Source: Sinorhizobium meliloti (GTDB lineage: Bacteria > Pseudomonadota > Alphaproteobacteria > Rhizobiales > Rhizobiaceae). Taken from it: a stretch of DNA of 32,000 nt. The stretch covers positions 570,001 to 602,000 of the forward strand of contig NZ_JAGIOS010000001.1 of the NCBI RefSeq assembly GCF_017876815.1. The letters run 5' to 3'. The translations under genes were made by a program, and so were the position numbers. This document shows, in pieces, positions 1 through 8,511 of the stretch. Under the pieces are notes generated by a model, which saw only the letters and a list, made by a program, of their open reading frames with translations, was not told the DNA's origin and made no database searches. Each line of letters opens with the position of its first letter. The first letter of the stretch is position 1.

Positions 1-140
1 AGGAGGCCGAAGGTGCGGATGATCCACGAGGCGACGGAGCCGTCGACCGGCGTGTTCAGGATATCGGCGGGGAAGCTCTGAGCCCCGGCAATTCCCGACA
101 TCGCCATCATGGCGATTATGAAGGTGGCAAACCGGAGCAT
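1..140 (-). CDS. fliP: Flagellar export apparatus protein FliP, N-terminal part (runs off the window start)
   Basis: Reverse translation from the ATG at 138-140 gives MLRFATFIIAMMAMSGIAGAQSFPADILNTPVDGSVASWIIRTFGLL, a signal-peptide-like FliP N-terminus. It lies 7 nt downstream of the fliL stop, as in Rhizobiaceae clusters. Confidence 0.75.
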   Translation of the reverse strand, partial: MLRFATFIIAMMAMSGIAGAQSFPADILNTPVDGSVASWIIRTFGL

Positions 141-147
141 CAGCGAA

Positions 148-639
148 TCATTGGATGACGAAGGTGCGGAACATCACATTCGTTACGCGGCCCTCGGAGC
201 GCAGGTCAACCCGCTCCTGGATGTCATCCCGGAGATATTGGAAGCCGCGCGGTCCTTGAATCTGCTGCAGCGACACGGTCTTCAGATAGGCTGCAATGTC
301 CTGGTGTATCGTCTCCGCCAGTGCAACGTCGGGAGCGCCATCGAACTGGAGCGCGACCTCGAGGCGAACCCAGTTTTCGGCCGGATAGGCAAGGTTCGTC
401 GTAATCGGATCGAGCTGCACGATGCCGTGTGCCACCGCTGACATTTTCGGTATGTCCTCCTCGCCGGTCGCGTTGGCAGGAAGCTCGGCCGCGGTTTCCG
501 TCTTCTCGGACGGCGGCGGCGCGAGGAGCATGCCTGCAAGCCAGCCGCCACCGCCGGCGACGAGCGTCAGCACCGCCACGGCCGCGATGGTCATCAGCCG
601 CGAGGTGGCCTTCGTTTCTTTGCTCTCGATTTCTTCCAT
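148..639 (-). CDS. fliL: Flagellar basal-body-associated protein FliL
   Basis: 163 aa with an ATG start. It has a single N-terminal TM helix (MTIAAVAVLTLVAGGGGWLAGMLL) and a FliL-like C-terminal domain (ITTNLAYPAENWVRLEVALQF...RTFVIQ). Confidence 0.9.
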   Translation of the reverse strand: MEEIESKETKATSRLMTIAAVAVLTLVAGGGGWLAGMLLAPPPSEKTETAAELPANATGEEDIPKMSAVAHGIVQLDPITTNLAYPAENWVRLEVALQFDGAPDVALAETIHQDIAAYLKTVSLQQIQGPRGFQYLRDDIQERVDLRSEGRVTNVMFRTFVIQ

Positions 640-654
640 CGTGCTTCCGGCCGG

Positions 655-1365
655 TCAGAGGGGCGAGACGAGATCGACGAGCTGCTGGCCCCACGGCGGC
701 TGCTGGACCTCCGTCAGGCGGCCGCGGCCGCCATAGGAGATGCGCGCCTCGGCGATGCGGTCGTAGGAAATGACGTTGTCGGCATCCACGTCGCGCGGCC
801 GGACGATGCCTGCGACATTGAGGATGCGCAGCTCGTGGTTGACGCGCACTTCCTGCGAGCCGCTGATGAGCAGGTTGCCGTTTTCGAGGACGCCGGTCAC
901 GACCGCGGCGACCAGCAGCCTGAGCTTCTCCGAACGCTCGGTCTTGCCGTCGCCTTCCGTCTTGGTGTTTGAGCCGTATTCGAGATCGCCCGACCAGGCG
1001 AAGTCGCTCGTCTGGGATTGTCCGCTGGCGCCGAGATTGAAGCCGCTCGAATTCTTGCGGCTGCGGTCCGTCTCGTTTTCAAAGGAGGCCTTGTCGTCGA
1101 TACGGATGTCGACCGTCAGTATGTCGCCGATATTGATCGCGCGGGCATCCTTGAAGAGGGCCGCCTGCTGGTCGTTCCAAAGCGAGTACCCGTTCGTGAC
1201 GTGGCGCGGCTGCTTCGGATACATGGCAAGCTGCGGCGTCTGCGTGTATTGCAGACCGCTGCCGATCGGGCTCATGGCCGGCGCCCGCCCGATCTCGTTG
1301 AAGGCCTGATTCTGGCAACCCGCCAGGAGCCCTGCGGCCAGTACGGCCGTGATGCGCGTTCTCAT
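655..1365 (-). CDS. flgH: Flagellar L-ring lipoprotein FlgH
   Basis: 236 aa. Lipobox LLAGC near the N-terminus and a conserved FlgH core (LISGSQEVRVNHELRILNVAGIVRPRDV...ISYGGRG). ATGA overlap with the motE stop. Confidence 0.95.
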   Translation of the reverse strand: MRTRITAVLAAGLLAGCQNQAFNEIGRAPAMSPIGSGLQYTQTPQLAMYPKQPRHVTNGYSLWNDQQAALFKDARAINIGDILTVDIRIDDKASFENETDRSRKNSSGFNLGASGQSQTSDFAWSGDLEYGSNTKTEGDGKTERSEKLRLLVAAVVTGVLENGNLLISGSQEVRVNHELRILNVAGIVRPRDVDADNVISYDRIAEARISYGGRGRLTEVQQPPWGQQLVDLVSPL

Positions 1366-1901
1366 GATGGCTCCTTGGAGGTATTGGGATCGCTCGCGCT
1401 CGAAATGATGTTGGTCAGCACCGCTGCCCTTTCGTCGCTCATTTCGCTCAGGATCAGCGACGACTGGCGCGGCGGCAGGCGCATGACGATCGCGGCCGCG
1501 ATCTCCGGACGCACCATCTCGAGTTTGCCGGCGGCGGCATCCGGCTTCATCGTCTTGTAGATGTCGACAAGGCCGAGCTCCGCCTGTTTGAGGAAATCGT
1601 TGCGGCGCTTAAGCCAGTCCTCGTATTCCGCCCGACGCGTTTCCAGAGTCGCGATCCGCTCGTCGACATTCGCTCTCAGCTTCTCCAGGTCCTGGCGCTG
1701 CAGAACGTAGCGCTGGTCGCGCGCGGCGTCGGCGATATTGGTGCAGAACTTCTCGATTTCGCTCGCCGTCGCGCTGTCGGCCGGCGGCGCCGTGACGTCC
1801 TGCGCGAAAGCACCGGGCATCGAAAGCATGAGCGCGGCGGCGGCCGAGCCCAGGAGAACGCGGCGCGCCTTTCCGAAAAGACGATCGAAGTTTTCGGTCA
1901 T
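1362..1901 (-). CDS. motE: Periplasmic motility protein MotE (MotC chaperone in S. meliloti)
   Basis: 179 aa with a signal peptide (AAALMLSMPGAFAQD) and a coiled-coil-like body. Its position between flgI and flgH matches Sinorhizobium. ATGA overlaps on both sides. Confidence 0.7.
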   Translation of the reverse strand: MTENFDRLFGKARRVLLGSAAAALMLSMPGAFAQDVTAPPADSATASEIEKFCTNIADAARDQRYVLQRQDLEKLRANVDERIATLETRRAEYEDWLKRRNDFLKQAELGLVDIYKTMKPDAAAGKLEMVRPEIAAAIVMRLPPRQSSLILSEMSDERAAVLTNIISSASDPNTSKEPS

Positions 1902-3013
1902 TGCAGAACAAGCTCCGCCTGTAGGGCTCCCGCCGATTTGATGCTCTGGAGGATCGCGATGATCCCGTCCGGCTTGACGCCGATGCTGTTCAGGCCCGCG
2001 ACGAGCGAACGCAGGCTCGAGCCGTTGAGGATGGCGACGGTGCCGCCGTCGGCCTGCGCTTCGATCGTGGTGTTGGGCTCGTAGGCCGTCTCACCGCGCG
2101 AGAAGGGTTCCGGCTGGACGATCGTCGGCGTCTCGCTGACCTGCACCGTCAGGGTGCCGTAGCTGACGGCTACTTCGGCGACGCGGACGTCCTGGCCGAT
2201 GACGATCGTGCCGGTGCGCTCGTTGATGACCACCCGGGCCGGCGCGTCGGTCTCGATCACCAGGTTTTCCACGTCCGCCATCAGGCGCGCGAGATCAGCC
2301 ATCTTCGGCTTCTGGACCAGGACGGACTGCGAGTCCAAGGCTTCGGCGATGCGGCCGCCAAATTGCGCCGCGGCATATCTGTTGATCGCCGCGGCCATGC
2401 CGACGGCGGTCGAAAAGTCCGGATTGCGCAGCTGCAGCACCAGGTTGAAGCCGTCCTTGAATTTCGACGGCAGTTCCCGCTCGATGATGGCGCCGTTCGG
2501 GACACGTCCCGCCGTGGTCACGCCCTGGCTCAATTGGGCGGCTTCACCTTGCGCGTTGAAACCGCTGACGACCACCGAGCCCTGCGCCACGGCATAGATC
2601 TGGCCGTCGGCACCTGAAAGCGAGGTCATGACCAGCGTACCGCCGCGCAGCGACGTCGCATCGCCCAACGAACCGACGGTCACGTCGAGCCGGCTGCCTG
2701 GGCTCGCGAAGGGCGGCAGCGTGGCGGTGACGAGCACCGCCGCGACGTTGCGCGTGCGCGAGTCCCCGCCCTGCGTGGAAATGCCGAGGTTCTGCAGCAT
2801 GGCGCGGATCGACTGATCCGTGAAAGGAGAGGAGCGCAGGCTGTCACCGGTGCCCTGCAGGCCGACCACCAGGCCGTAACCGATGAGCTGGTTGTCCCTG
2901 CCCGACTGCAGGGACGCGACGTCCTTGATCCGCGAGGCCGCATAGGCAGACGTCAAGGTCGCGGCGAAGGCCACCGCGAGCGTCAGCAGCCACTTGCATG
3001 CATTGATCTTCAT
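1898..3013 (-). CDS. flgI: Flagellar P-ring protein FlgI
   Basis: The ORF-track entry (510 aa) is 5'-extended. The ATG at 3011-3013 gives MKINACKWLLTLAVAFAATLTSAYAASRIKDVASLQSGRDNQLIGYGLVVGLQGTGD, a signal peptide plus the canonical FlgI start (371 aa). ATGA overlap with the flgA stop. Confidence 0.95.
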   Translation of the reverse strand: MKINACKWLLTLAVAFAATLTSAYAASRIKDVASLQSGRDNQLIGYGLVVGLQGTGDSLRSSPFTDQSIRAMLQNLGISTQGGDSRTRNVAAVLVTATLPPFASPGSRLDVTVGSLGDATSLRGGTLVMTSLSGADGQIYAVAQGSVVVSGFNAQGEAAQLSQGVTTAGRVPNGAIIERELPSKFKDGFNLVLQLRNPDFSTAVGMAAAINRYAAAQFGGRIAEALDSQSVLVQKPKMADLARLMADVENLVIETDAPARVVINERTGTIVIGQDVRVAEVAVSYGTLTVQVSETPTIVQPEPFSRGETAYEPNTTIEAQADGGTVAILNGSSLRSLVAGLNSIGVKPDGIIAILQSIKSAGALQAELVLQ

Positions 3014-3519
3014 TTCGCCACCACATGGATCGTGCTGTCCGCCATCACCGTCCCGGAGACGATCACGCCGGTATCGACGTTGCGCACGCGGATCAGATCG
3101 CCGACCGCGGCGTCCTGCAGCGGCGAGCCGGCGGCCGTTATCGTCAGACCGCCATTGTTGAAGACGAGGCGAACGGTGGAGCCGCGTTCGACCGCATATT
3201 GCTCGCGCAGCGCCGAGGCCAGGATGACACGCCCGGGAAGAAGGGTCCGCTTGGTCACCATGCCGTCGACCTCGTCGATCGAGTGCACATAGCCGTCGCG
3301 CAGGTCCGGGTTGGTCACGTCGACCACCTCCAGCATGCTCGCATCGAGCTTTTCGCCGGGATAGATCGTCTGCTTCGGAATGACGGCCGTCGGCGGCTCG
3401 GCAAGAGCTGCGGCCGGCGAAAGCAGGCAACTCGCCATGGCCGCAAACAGAACGGCACGCGCCGGCTGCGCGAGGCCGCTCATGTTTGCTTTTCCTCCGG
3501 GGGATCGGCGAAACATCAT
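3010..3519 (-). CDS. flgA: Flagellar P-ring assembly chaperone FlgA
   Basis: 169 aa. A GAGGAGG ribosome-binding site lies about 6 nt upstream of the ATG at 3519. Signal peptide, and a SAF-like C-terminus (GDLIRVRNVDTGVIVSGTVMADSTIHV). Confidence 0.85.
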   Translation of the reverse strand: MMFRRSPGGKANMSGLAQPARAVLFAAMASCLLSPAAALAEPPTAVIPKQTIYPGEKLDASMLEVVDVTNPDLRDGYVHSIDEVDGMVTKRTLLPGRVILASALREQYAVERGSTVRLVFNNGGLTITAAGSPLQDAAVGDLIRVRNVDTGVIVSGTVMADSTIHVVAK

Positions 3520-3537
3520 GTTTGCCTCCTCTTCCTG

Positions 3538-4326
3538 TTACCTCAGGTTCTTGCTCACCGTGGCGGCCATTTCGTCCGCGGCCTGGATGATCTTCGAATT
3601 CATCTCATAGGCACGCTGGGCCGAGATGAGGTCGGTAATCTCCTTGACGGGGTCGACGTTCGAGGATTCCAGGTAATTCTGCTTGATCTGCGCAAAGCCC
3701 GGATCGGCCGGCGTGCCGACGATCGGATCACCGGAAGCCGGCGTCTGCCGGAACAGGTTCTCGCCCATCGGTTCGAGACCGGCCTCGTTGACGAAGTTCG
3801 CGATCGTCAACTGGCCGATTTCCTGCAGTTCCGTATCGTTGCCGATCCGCACCATCACCTGGCCCGACGAGGTGAAGACGATCTCGGTCGCGTCCTGCGG
3901 CACGGTGACGCCCGGAACCACGGTATAGCCGTCGATGGTCACGAGCTGGCCCGTGGCATTGGTGTTGAAAGCCCCCGAGCGGGTGTAGACCGTCTCGCCA
4001 TCCGGCGTCTCGATCTGAAACCATCCGCGGCCGACAAGCGCGAGGTCGTAATCGTTGCCGGTGTTGACGAGGCTGCCCTGGATATGAAGGTTTCGCACGG
4101 CGGAGGTCTGGACGCCCAGGCCGATGATCGCGCCTTCAGGCACGATCGCCTGGTTGGAGCGGTTCGGGACGCCTTGCGCCCGTTCGGTCTGGTAGAGCAG
4201 GTCCGAAAATTCTGCGCGCGCCCGCTTGTAGCCGGTCGTGTTGATGTTCGCGATGTTGTTCGCGATGACTTCGAGATTCAATTGCTGGGCGTTCATGCCC
4301 GTGGCGGCGATGGAAAGGGCTTTCAT
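3538..4326 (-). CDS. flgG: Distal rod protein FlgG
   Basis: 262 aa. N-terminus [35 protein letters not shown] and C-terminus [22 protein letters not shown] are hallmark rod/hook motifs. Confidence 0.95.
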   Translation of the reverse strand: MKALSIAATGMNAQQLNLEVIANNIANINTTGYKRARAEFSDLLYQTERAQGVPNRSNQAIVPEGAIIGLGVQTSAVRNLHIQGSLVNTGNDYDLALVGRGWFQIETPDGETVYTRSGAFNTNATGQLVTIDGYTVVPGVTVPQDATEIVFTSSGQVMVRIGNDTELQEIGQLTIANFVNEAGLEPMGENLFRQTPASGDPIVGTPADPGFAQIKQNYLESSNVDPVKEITDLISAQRAYEMNSKIIQAADEMAATVSKNLR

Positions 4327-4337
4327 GTCTCTTTTCC

Positions 4338-4673
4338 TCAGATCTGCATGCGCGCGATTTCGAGATAGGCGGTGACCACCTTGTCGCGGATGGCGATTGC
4401 GGTCTGGAGAGACTGCTCGGCGCTCATGACGGCATCTACGACTTCGCGGGTGTTCGCCTCTCCGCGGATCGCCTGCAGCGAGGTGCCCTCCGCCGACTTC
4501 ATCGAGCGGATGGCGTCCGTGGTCATGTTGCCGAGGACTTCGGCGAAGCTCCCCGCCTGAGGCGCGGCCGTGCCGGCGCCCGGCATGACGAGCGAGGCGG
4601 AAGAGGCCGGGCCGGCACCTTCGGTCTCCCTGATGGTCGAAAACGCGCCGACGGACTGAATTGCATCGATCAT
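4338..4673 (-). CDS. fliE: Hook-basal body complex protein FliE
   Basis: The track ORF is 5'-extended through flgC. The ATG at 4671-4673 gives a 111-aa protein, MIDAIQSV...[18 protein letters not shown] (FliE C-terminal signature). TAATG junction with the flgC stop. Confidence 0.9.
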   Translation of the reverse strand: MIDAIQSVGAFSTIRETEGAGPASSASLVMPGAGTAAPQAGSFAEVLGNMTTDAIRSMKSAEGTSLQAIRGEANTREVVDAVMSAEQSLQTAIAIRDKVVTAYLEIARMQI

Positions 4674-5092
4674 TATTGCGAAGCCCTCAACAGGTCGATT
4701 GTCTGGGAGATGAGATCGCGAGACTGCTTGATGGTCTGCAGATTGGCCTCGTAGGCACGGTTGGCCTCGCGCATGTCCGCCATCTCGATGAGGATGTTGA
4801 GGTTCGGCAATTTCACCATGCCCTTCTCGTCGGCGGCCGGATTGCCCGGGTCGAACTCGATGTTGAACTCCGAATCGTCGGTGCCGAGGCGTTCGACCTC
4901 GACGAGGGACGCGCCGCTTGCCCGGTCGACCTCCGCGGCGAAGCTGATCGTCTTGCGGCGGAAAGGATCGGCGCCGGGGGCGTCGCCGGTCGAGCGGGCA
5001 TTGGCGATGTTTTCCGAGACGATGCGCAAACGCGTCGATTCCGCCTGCAGACCGGAGGCCGAAACTTTCAGTGCCGAGGTCAATGGATCCAT
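4673..5092 (-). CDS. flgC: Proximal rod protein FlgC
   Basis: 139 aa. [35 protein letters not shown] and a C-terminal [16 protein letters not shown] motif. Confidence 0.95.
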   Translation of the reverse strand: MDPLTSALKVSASGLQAESTRLRIVSENIANARSTGDAPGADPFRRKTISFAAEVDRASGASLVEVERLGTDDSEFNIEFDPGNPAADEKGMVKLPNLNILIEMADMREANRAYEANLQTIKQSRDLISQTIDLLRASQ

Positions 5093-5098
5093 GTTCGC

Positions 5099-5479
5099 TT
5101 ACTTCCGTACCGTCATGAGAATCATCCGATGAAAGGACTTCACCAGCCCGGCATTGAGCTCGTAGTCGCGCTTGATCGCGCCGGTCTTCATCAATTCCTC
5201 TTCGAGCGCGACCGTATTGCCGGACTGCTGCACGGCGACATCGTCGAGAGCGCTGACTTCGGTCACATGCGCGGCTTCCGGGCTTTCGGTGAAATGGGCG
5301 CGATGGGTCGCGGCCATCTGGATGCCGGTGTTCTGGAGCACGCTTTCGAAGGGCTGAACGTCTTTCGCCCTGTAGTGCGGCGTGTTGGCATTGGCGATGT
5401 TGCCCGCCACCACGTTCTGGCGAACGGTCAGCCACTGGGCCTGCCGCGACGCGAGTTCGAAAAGCTGAATCGGTTCCAT
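5099..5479 (-). CDS. flgB: Proximal rod protein FlgB
   Basis: The track start at 5482 is a TTG. The next codon is an ATG (5477-5479), preceded by AGGAG at 7-nt spacing. Contains [20 protein letters not shown], a rod-protein motif. First gene of the operon. Confidence 0.9.
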   Translation of the reverse strand: MEPIQLFELASRQAQWLTVRQNVVAGNIANANTPHYRAKDVQPFESVLQNTGIQMAATHRAHFTESPEAAHVTEVSALDDVAVQQSGNTVALEEELMKTGAIKRDYELNAGLVKSFHRMILMTVRK

Positions 5480-5499
5480 CAAGAGCTCCTGCTGATGAT

Positions 5500-5536
5500 G
5501 GCGAACCTAGGCCGGTAATCTTGCGTGGGACTTGTC
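5500..5536 (-). promoter_or_regulatory. Candidate class II flagellar promoter/activator site upstream of flgB (tandem CAAG half-sites plus a CCTAG box)
   Basis: The minus strand reads caagtcccacgcaagattaccggcctaggttcgcc. 20 of 26 positions match the fliF upstream block at 18995-19029. It ends about 20-40 nt upstream of the flgB ATG. Confidence 0.5.
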
Positions 5537-5559
5537 GGGGATGCGGAAGGACTGCACCG

Positions 5560-5745
5560 TGATCTTGCCCCTCTCCTCGGATTTAACCCGAGGACTAACC
5601 CTCTCCCCGCAGGGGGGGAGAGGGGACATGGCTCACATACGCGACCCATTTGCGGTGAAGATTGCACGGGCTGAGGCGGGTGCCTCTTGTTTCCTTCTCC
5701 CCGCATGCGGGGAGAAGGTGCCGGCAGGCGGATGAGGGGCAAGCG
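5560..5745. repeat. RIME/REP-like mosaic palindromic intergenic repeat, copy A
   Basis: Stems: perfect 12-bp at 5693-5718 (ccttctccccgc at gcggggagaagg), 10-bp at 5599-5608/5615-5624, 6-bp at 5575-5593. The reverse complement of 5686-5740 is about 90% identical to 19085-19138. Confidence 0.8.
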
Positions 5746-5788
5746 CGACGGGAAATAGCCCCGCCGCACCCCGCTTGTGGCCCCTACG

Positions 5789-6340
5789 CTACTTCGCCTC
5801 GAAGATCTCGCCCTTGGACGTGATCATCACCCAGCGGCCGTCGCGCTCCTCGAAGGTCGCAAGCCGGCTGTTGTCCGGCAATACCGAACCGATACGGACG
5901 ATATACATGCCGCTCGCATCCTCGATGAGCGCGCGGCCATTGGCGACGTGCATGAGTTTGAAGCTCTCTTTTCCGGGGAACGGCTGATCGTGAGCCCCCA
6001 TGTCCGTGTCTTCGGCGGGATCCTGATCGAGCCCCGGCACCGTCGCCGTCGTCAGGCGATCGACCGCGGCGGCGGTCTCCTCGTCCATGTCCGTCATTGC
6101 CAGCGGCGACACCGACAGGATCCGCCGGTCCGGGCGCTCCGGCAGATCGCGCGTCGTTCCCTGCCAGAGCGAAGGCATCGAGAATTTCTCCGGATGCAGA
6201 TAGACGTACCACGGCAGGAACGTCGCACAGGCAGCCATGGCCAGGCCGATCGCACCGAGTATCTTGTCGATCAGCGGCATCCGGGTTTCGCGGCGGCGTT
6301 GGCGTACGATCTCGTCTGCATCGAAGTCCGTCAATTTCAT
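5789..6340 (-). CDS. Uncharacterised single-pass membrane protein of the flgF-fliI operon
   Basis: 183 aa. ATG start in an ATGA overlap with the fliI stop. One TM helix (ILGAIGLAMAACATFLPWYVYL), an acidic linker, then a beta-rich C-terminal domain. Confidence 0.75.
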   Translation of the reverse strand: MKLTDFDADEIVRQRRRETRMPLIDKILGAIGLAMAACATFLPWYVYLHPEKFSMPSLWQGTTRDLPERPDRRILSVSPLAMTDMDEETAAAVDRLTTATVPGLDQDPAEDTDMGAHDQPFPGKESFKLMHVANGRALIEDASGMYIVRIGSVLPDNSRLATFEERDGRWVMITSKGEIFEAK

Positions 6341-7740
6341 CCCCTTCCGCGCAGGCCGGCGGCGCCCGGCTGATTGCCCATCGCGGCTGCCTTCAGCGCG
6401 TTGGCGAGGTCCGTGAAGGCGTCGAAGGCGGGCCGTTCGCCGGGCATCTGCTTCAAGACGTCGTAGATGACCGGCACTTGCTTTATCGCCATGTCGAGAT
6501 CGGCGTCGCCGCCCGGCCGGTAGCCGCCGATAAGCCTGAGGTCCCGGGTTTCCTCGAAGCGGTGGATCAAGGACTTCAGCCGGGCAACCAGCTTCTCCTG
6601 GTCCGGCGTCCAGGCTTTTCTGGCCAAGCGCGAGATGGAGGCGAGCGGATTGACCGGCGGGTAGCGCCCCTCTTCGGCAAGACTTCGGTCGAGGACGATG
6701 TGCCCGTCGAGAATGCCGCGCGCCGAGTCGGCGACCGGGTCGTTGTGATTGTCGCCATCGACCAGGATTGAAATGATCGCCGTGATCGTGCCCGCTCCCT
6801 CGGCGCCGGGCCCGGCGCGCTCGAGCAGCCGCGGCAATTCGGTGAAGACCGAGGCCGGATAGCCGCGGGCGATCGGCGGCTCCCCCGCTGCCGTCGCCAC
6901 CTCACGGATCGCATGGGCGAAACGGGTGACGCTGTCGACGATGAGCAGCACGTTGTCGCCCTTGTCGCGATAATGTTCGGCAATCGTGACCGCGGTCAGC
7001 GGCGCCATTTTTCTCAGCATCGGGCTCTCGTCGCTGGTGGCGACGACGGCGACCGATTTCGAAAGATTGTCGCCCAGCGTGTCCTCGATGAATTCGCGCA
7101 CTTCGCGGCCGCGCTCGCCGACCAGGGCGATCACCACCTTGTCGAAGGCGTCGGCGCGGGCCAGCATGGAAAGCAGCGTCGATTTGCCGACGCCGGAGCC
7201 CGCGAAGATGCCGAGGCGCTGCCCGAGGCAGAGCGGGGAGAAGATGTCTATCGCCCGCACGCCCGTCCTGAAGCCCTGCTCCACCCGCTTGCGCGTCATG
7301 GATGGCGGCGCGGTGTTCGCGATCGAGCGGCGGATGTCGCCCTGCAGCAGCGCGCCCAGGCCGTCGATCGGCTCGGCCAGCGCATTGATGGTGCGGCCAC
7401 ACCAGTTGTCGGTCGGCGCTATGCGGAAGGCGCCCTTGCGGATGACGACGTCATGGATGCCGATCGGGTCACCCGGTTCGATCGGGCAGACGACCACCCG
7501 CTCGGGCTCGACGCGGACGACTTCGCCGAGATGGGTGCCGGTCGCGCTCTTGTGCGCCACGAAGTCCCCGAGCCGGACGTGCCGCGACAGGCCGCTGACC
7601 GTGTAATGCCCCGGCGAAATCGTCTGGACATGACCGCCCGGTGCGATGGCAAAGTCGGGATTTGCATATCGCTCGACCAGCCCGGCGAGCGCCGCGAGCG
7701 ACGTCGATGTTGCAGTTTTTTCAGCGGCTTCGCGTGCCAT
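6337..7740 (-). CDS. fliI: Flagellum-specific ATPase FliI
   Basis: Walker A motif GSGVGKSTLL and an F1-ATPase-like core. The track start at 7788 is a TTG overlapping the flgF stop. The ATG at 7738-7740 (MAREAAEKT...) gives 467 aa. Start is uncertain between 7740 and 7788. Confidence 0.9.
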   Translation of the reverse strand: MAREAAEKTATSTSLAALAGLVERYANPDFAIAPGGHVQTISPGHYTVSGLSRHVRLGDFVAHKSATGTHLGEVVRVEPERVVVCPIEPGDPIGIHDVVIRKGAFRIAPTDNWCGRTINALAEPIDGLGALLQGDIRRSIANTAPPSMTRKRVEQGFRTGVRAIDIFSPLCLGQRLGIFAGSGVGKSTLLSMLARADAFDKVVIALVGERGREVREFIEDTLGDNLSKSVAVVATSDESPMLRKMAPLTAVTIAEHYRDKGDNVLLIVDSVTRFAHAIREVATAAGEPPIARGYPASVFTELPRLLERAGPGAEGAGTITAIISILVDGDNHNDPVADSARGILDGHIVLDRSLAEEGRYPPVNPLASISRLARKAWTPDQEKLVARLKSLIHRFEETRDLRLIGGYRPGGDADLDMAIKQVPVIYDVLKQMPGERPAFDAFTDLANALKAAAMGNQPGAAGLRGRG

Positions 7741-7784
7741 CCGGCTTCCGTCCCGTCCCGCCCCAAATTCCGTCGATAGAACCG

Positions 7785-8510
7785 TCAACGGCTGCCGCCG
7801 AGCGTCTCGATAGCCTTATCGAGCGATCCCTCACTGTCGCGCATAAGCGCGGTGACGTTGTCGAAGGCGCGGGTGATCATGATCAGCTGCGACATTTCCT
7901 GTATGGCGTTCACGTTCGACTCCTCCAGGAAGCCCTGCATCACGCCGACATCGAACCGGTCAACGACCGGTTCCGGCTGGGCGGCCGGCATAACGGAACT
8001 GTTGTCGTAACGCATGAAGCCTTTGCTGAAATCCGCCTCGTAAAGCCCGAGCAGGGCGATCTGGACGCCGTTCTGGTGAATGGCACCATCGGCACCGACG
8101 GCAATTTCACCGGCACCGCCGTTCAGCTGGATCGGCGCGCCGCCGGCGTCGAGCACCGGATATCCCTTGATGGTTACGAGCTCGCCGGTCTCCGTCAGGG
8201 TGAACCGGCCGTCGCGCGTCAGCGCCGGGCCGCCGGGCGTGTCGATCGAGAACCAGGCGTCACCCTTGATGGCGAAATCGAGTGCGGAGCCGGTGCGCGC
8301 GAGCGCGCCGGTTTTGGTGCTCAGGAATTCCTCGCCCTCCGAAACATAGGAGACCTTTGTCGGCTTGGTATCGCCCAGCACCTGGTTGAACTTCACTTCC
8401 GTCGCGCGGAAGCCGACCGTGTTGGAGTTGGCAATATTGTCGGCAAGCGTGTTCAGGCGCTTTTCAAGCGCCATCTGAGACGAAAGCGCGACATAGAGAC
8501 CGGTCTGCAA
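7785..8510 (-). CDS. flgF: Proximal rod protein FlgF
   Basis: 241 aa. N-terminus MQTGLYVALSSQMALEKRLNTLADNIANSNTVGFR is canonical FlgF. The start codon is TTG (8508-8510), directly after the stop of the upstream gene. Confidence 0.9.
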   Translation of the reverse strand: MQTGLYVALSSQMALEKRLNTLADNIANSNTVGFRATEVKFNQVLGDTKPTKVSYVSEGEEFLSTKTGALARTGSALDFAIKGDAWFSIDTPGGPALTRDGRFTLTETGELVTIKGYPVLDAGGAPIQLNGGAGEIAVGADGAIHQNGVQIALLGLYEADFSKGFMRYDNSSVMPAAQPEPVVDRFDVGVMQGFLEESNVNAIQEMSQLIMITRAFDNVTALMRDSEGSLDKAIETLGGSR

Positions 8511-8511
8511 A

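Noticed and set aside
1898-3430. 5'-extended ORF-track versions of flgI (510 aa), fliE (365 aa, 4338-5435), cheA (936 aa), cheB (425 aa), cheR (464 aa), rhaQ (446 aa), motA (357 aa) and the DUF1217 gene (315 aa).
   Set aside because: The extensions run through the upstream gene in another frame and are Arg/Pro/Gly-rich. Internal starts reproduce canonical N-termini and create ATGA/TAATG junctions with the upstream stop codons.
5479-5769. 96-aa ORF (MRRGYFPSRLPLIRLPAPSPRMRGEG...), the similar 100-aa ORF at 18851-19153, and the plus-strand ORFs crossing 19083-19195.
   Set aside because: They are read straight through the palindromic intergenic repeats. The PSPR.RGEG-type peptides are a known translation artefact of such elements. 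They have no ribosome-binding site or coding-like composition.
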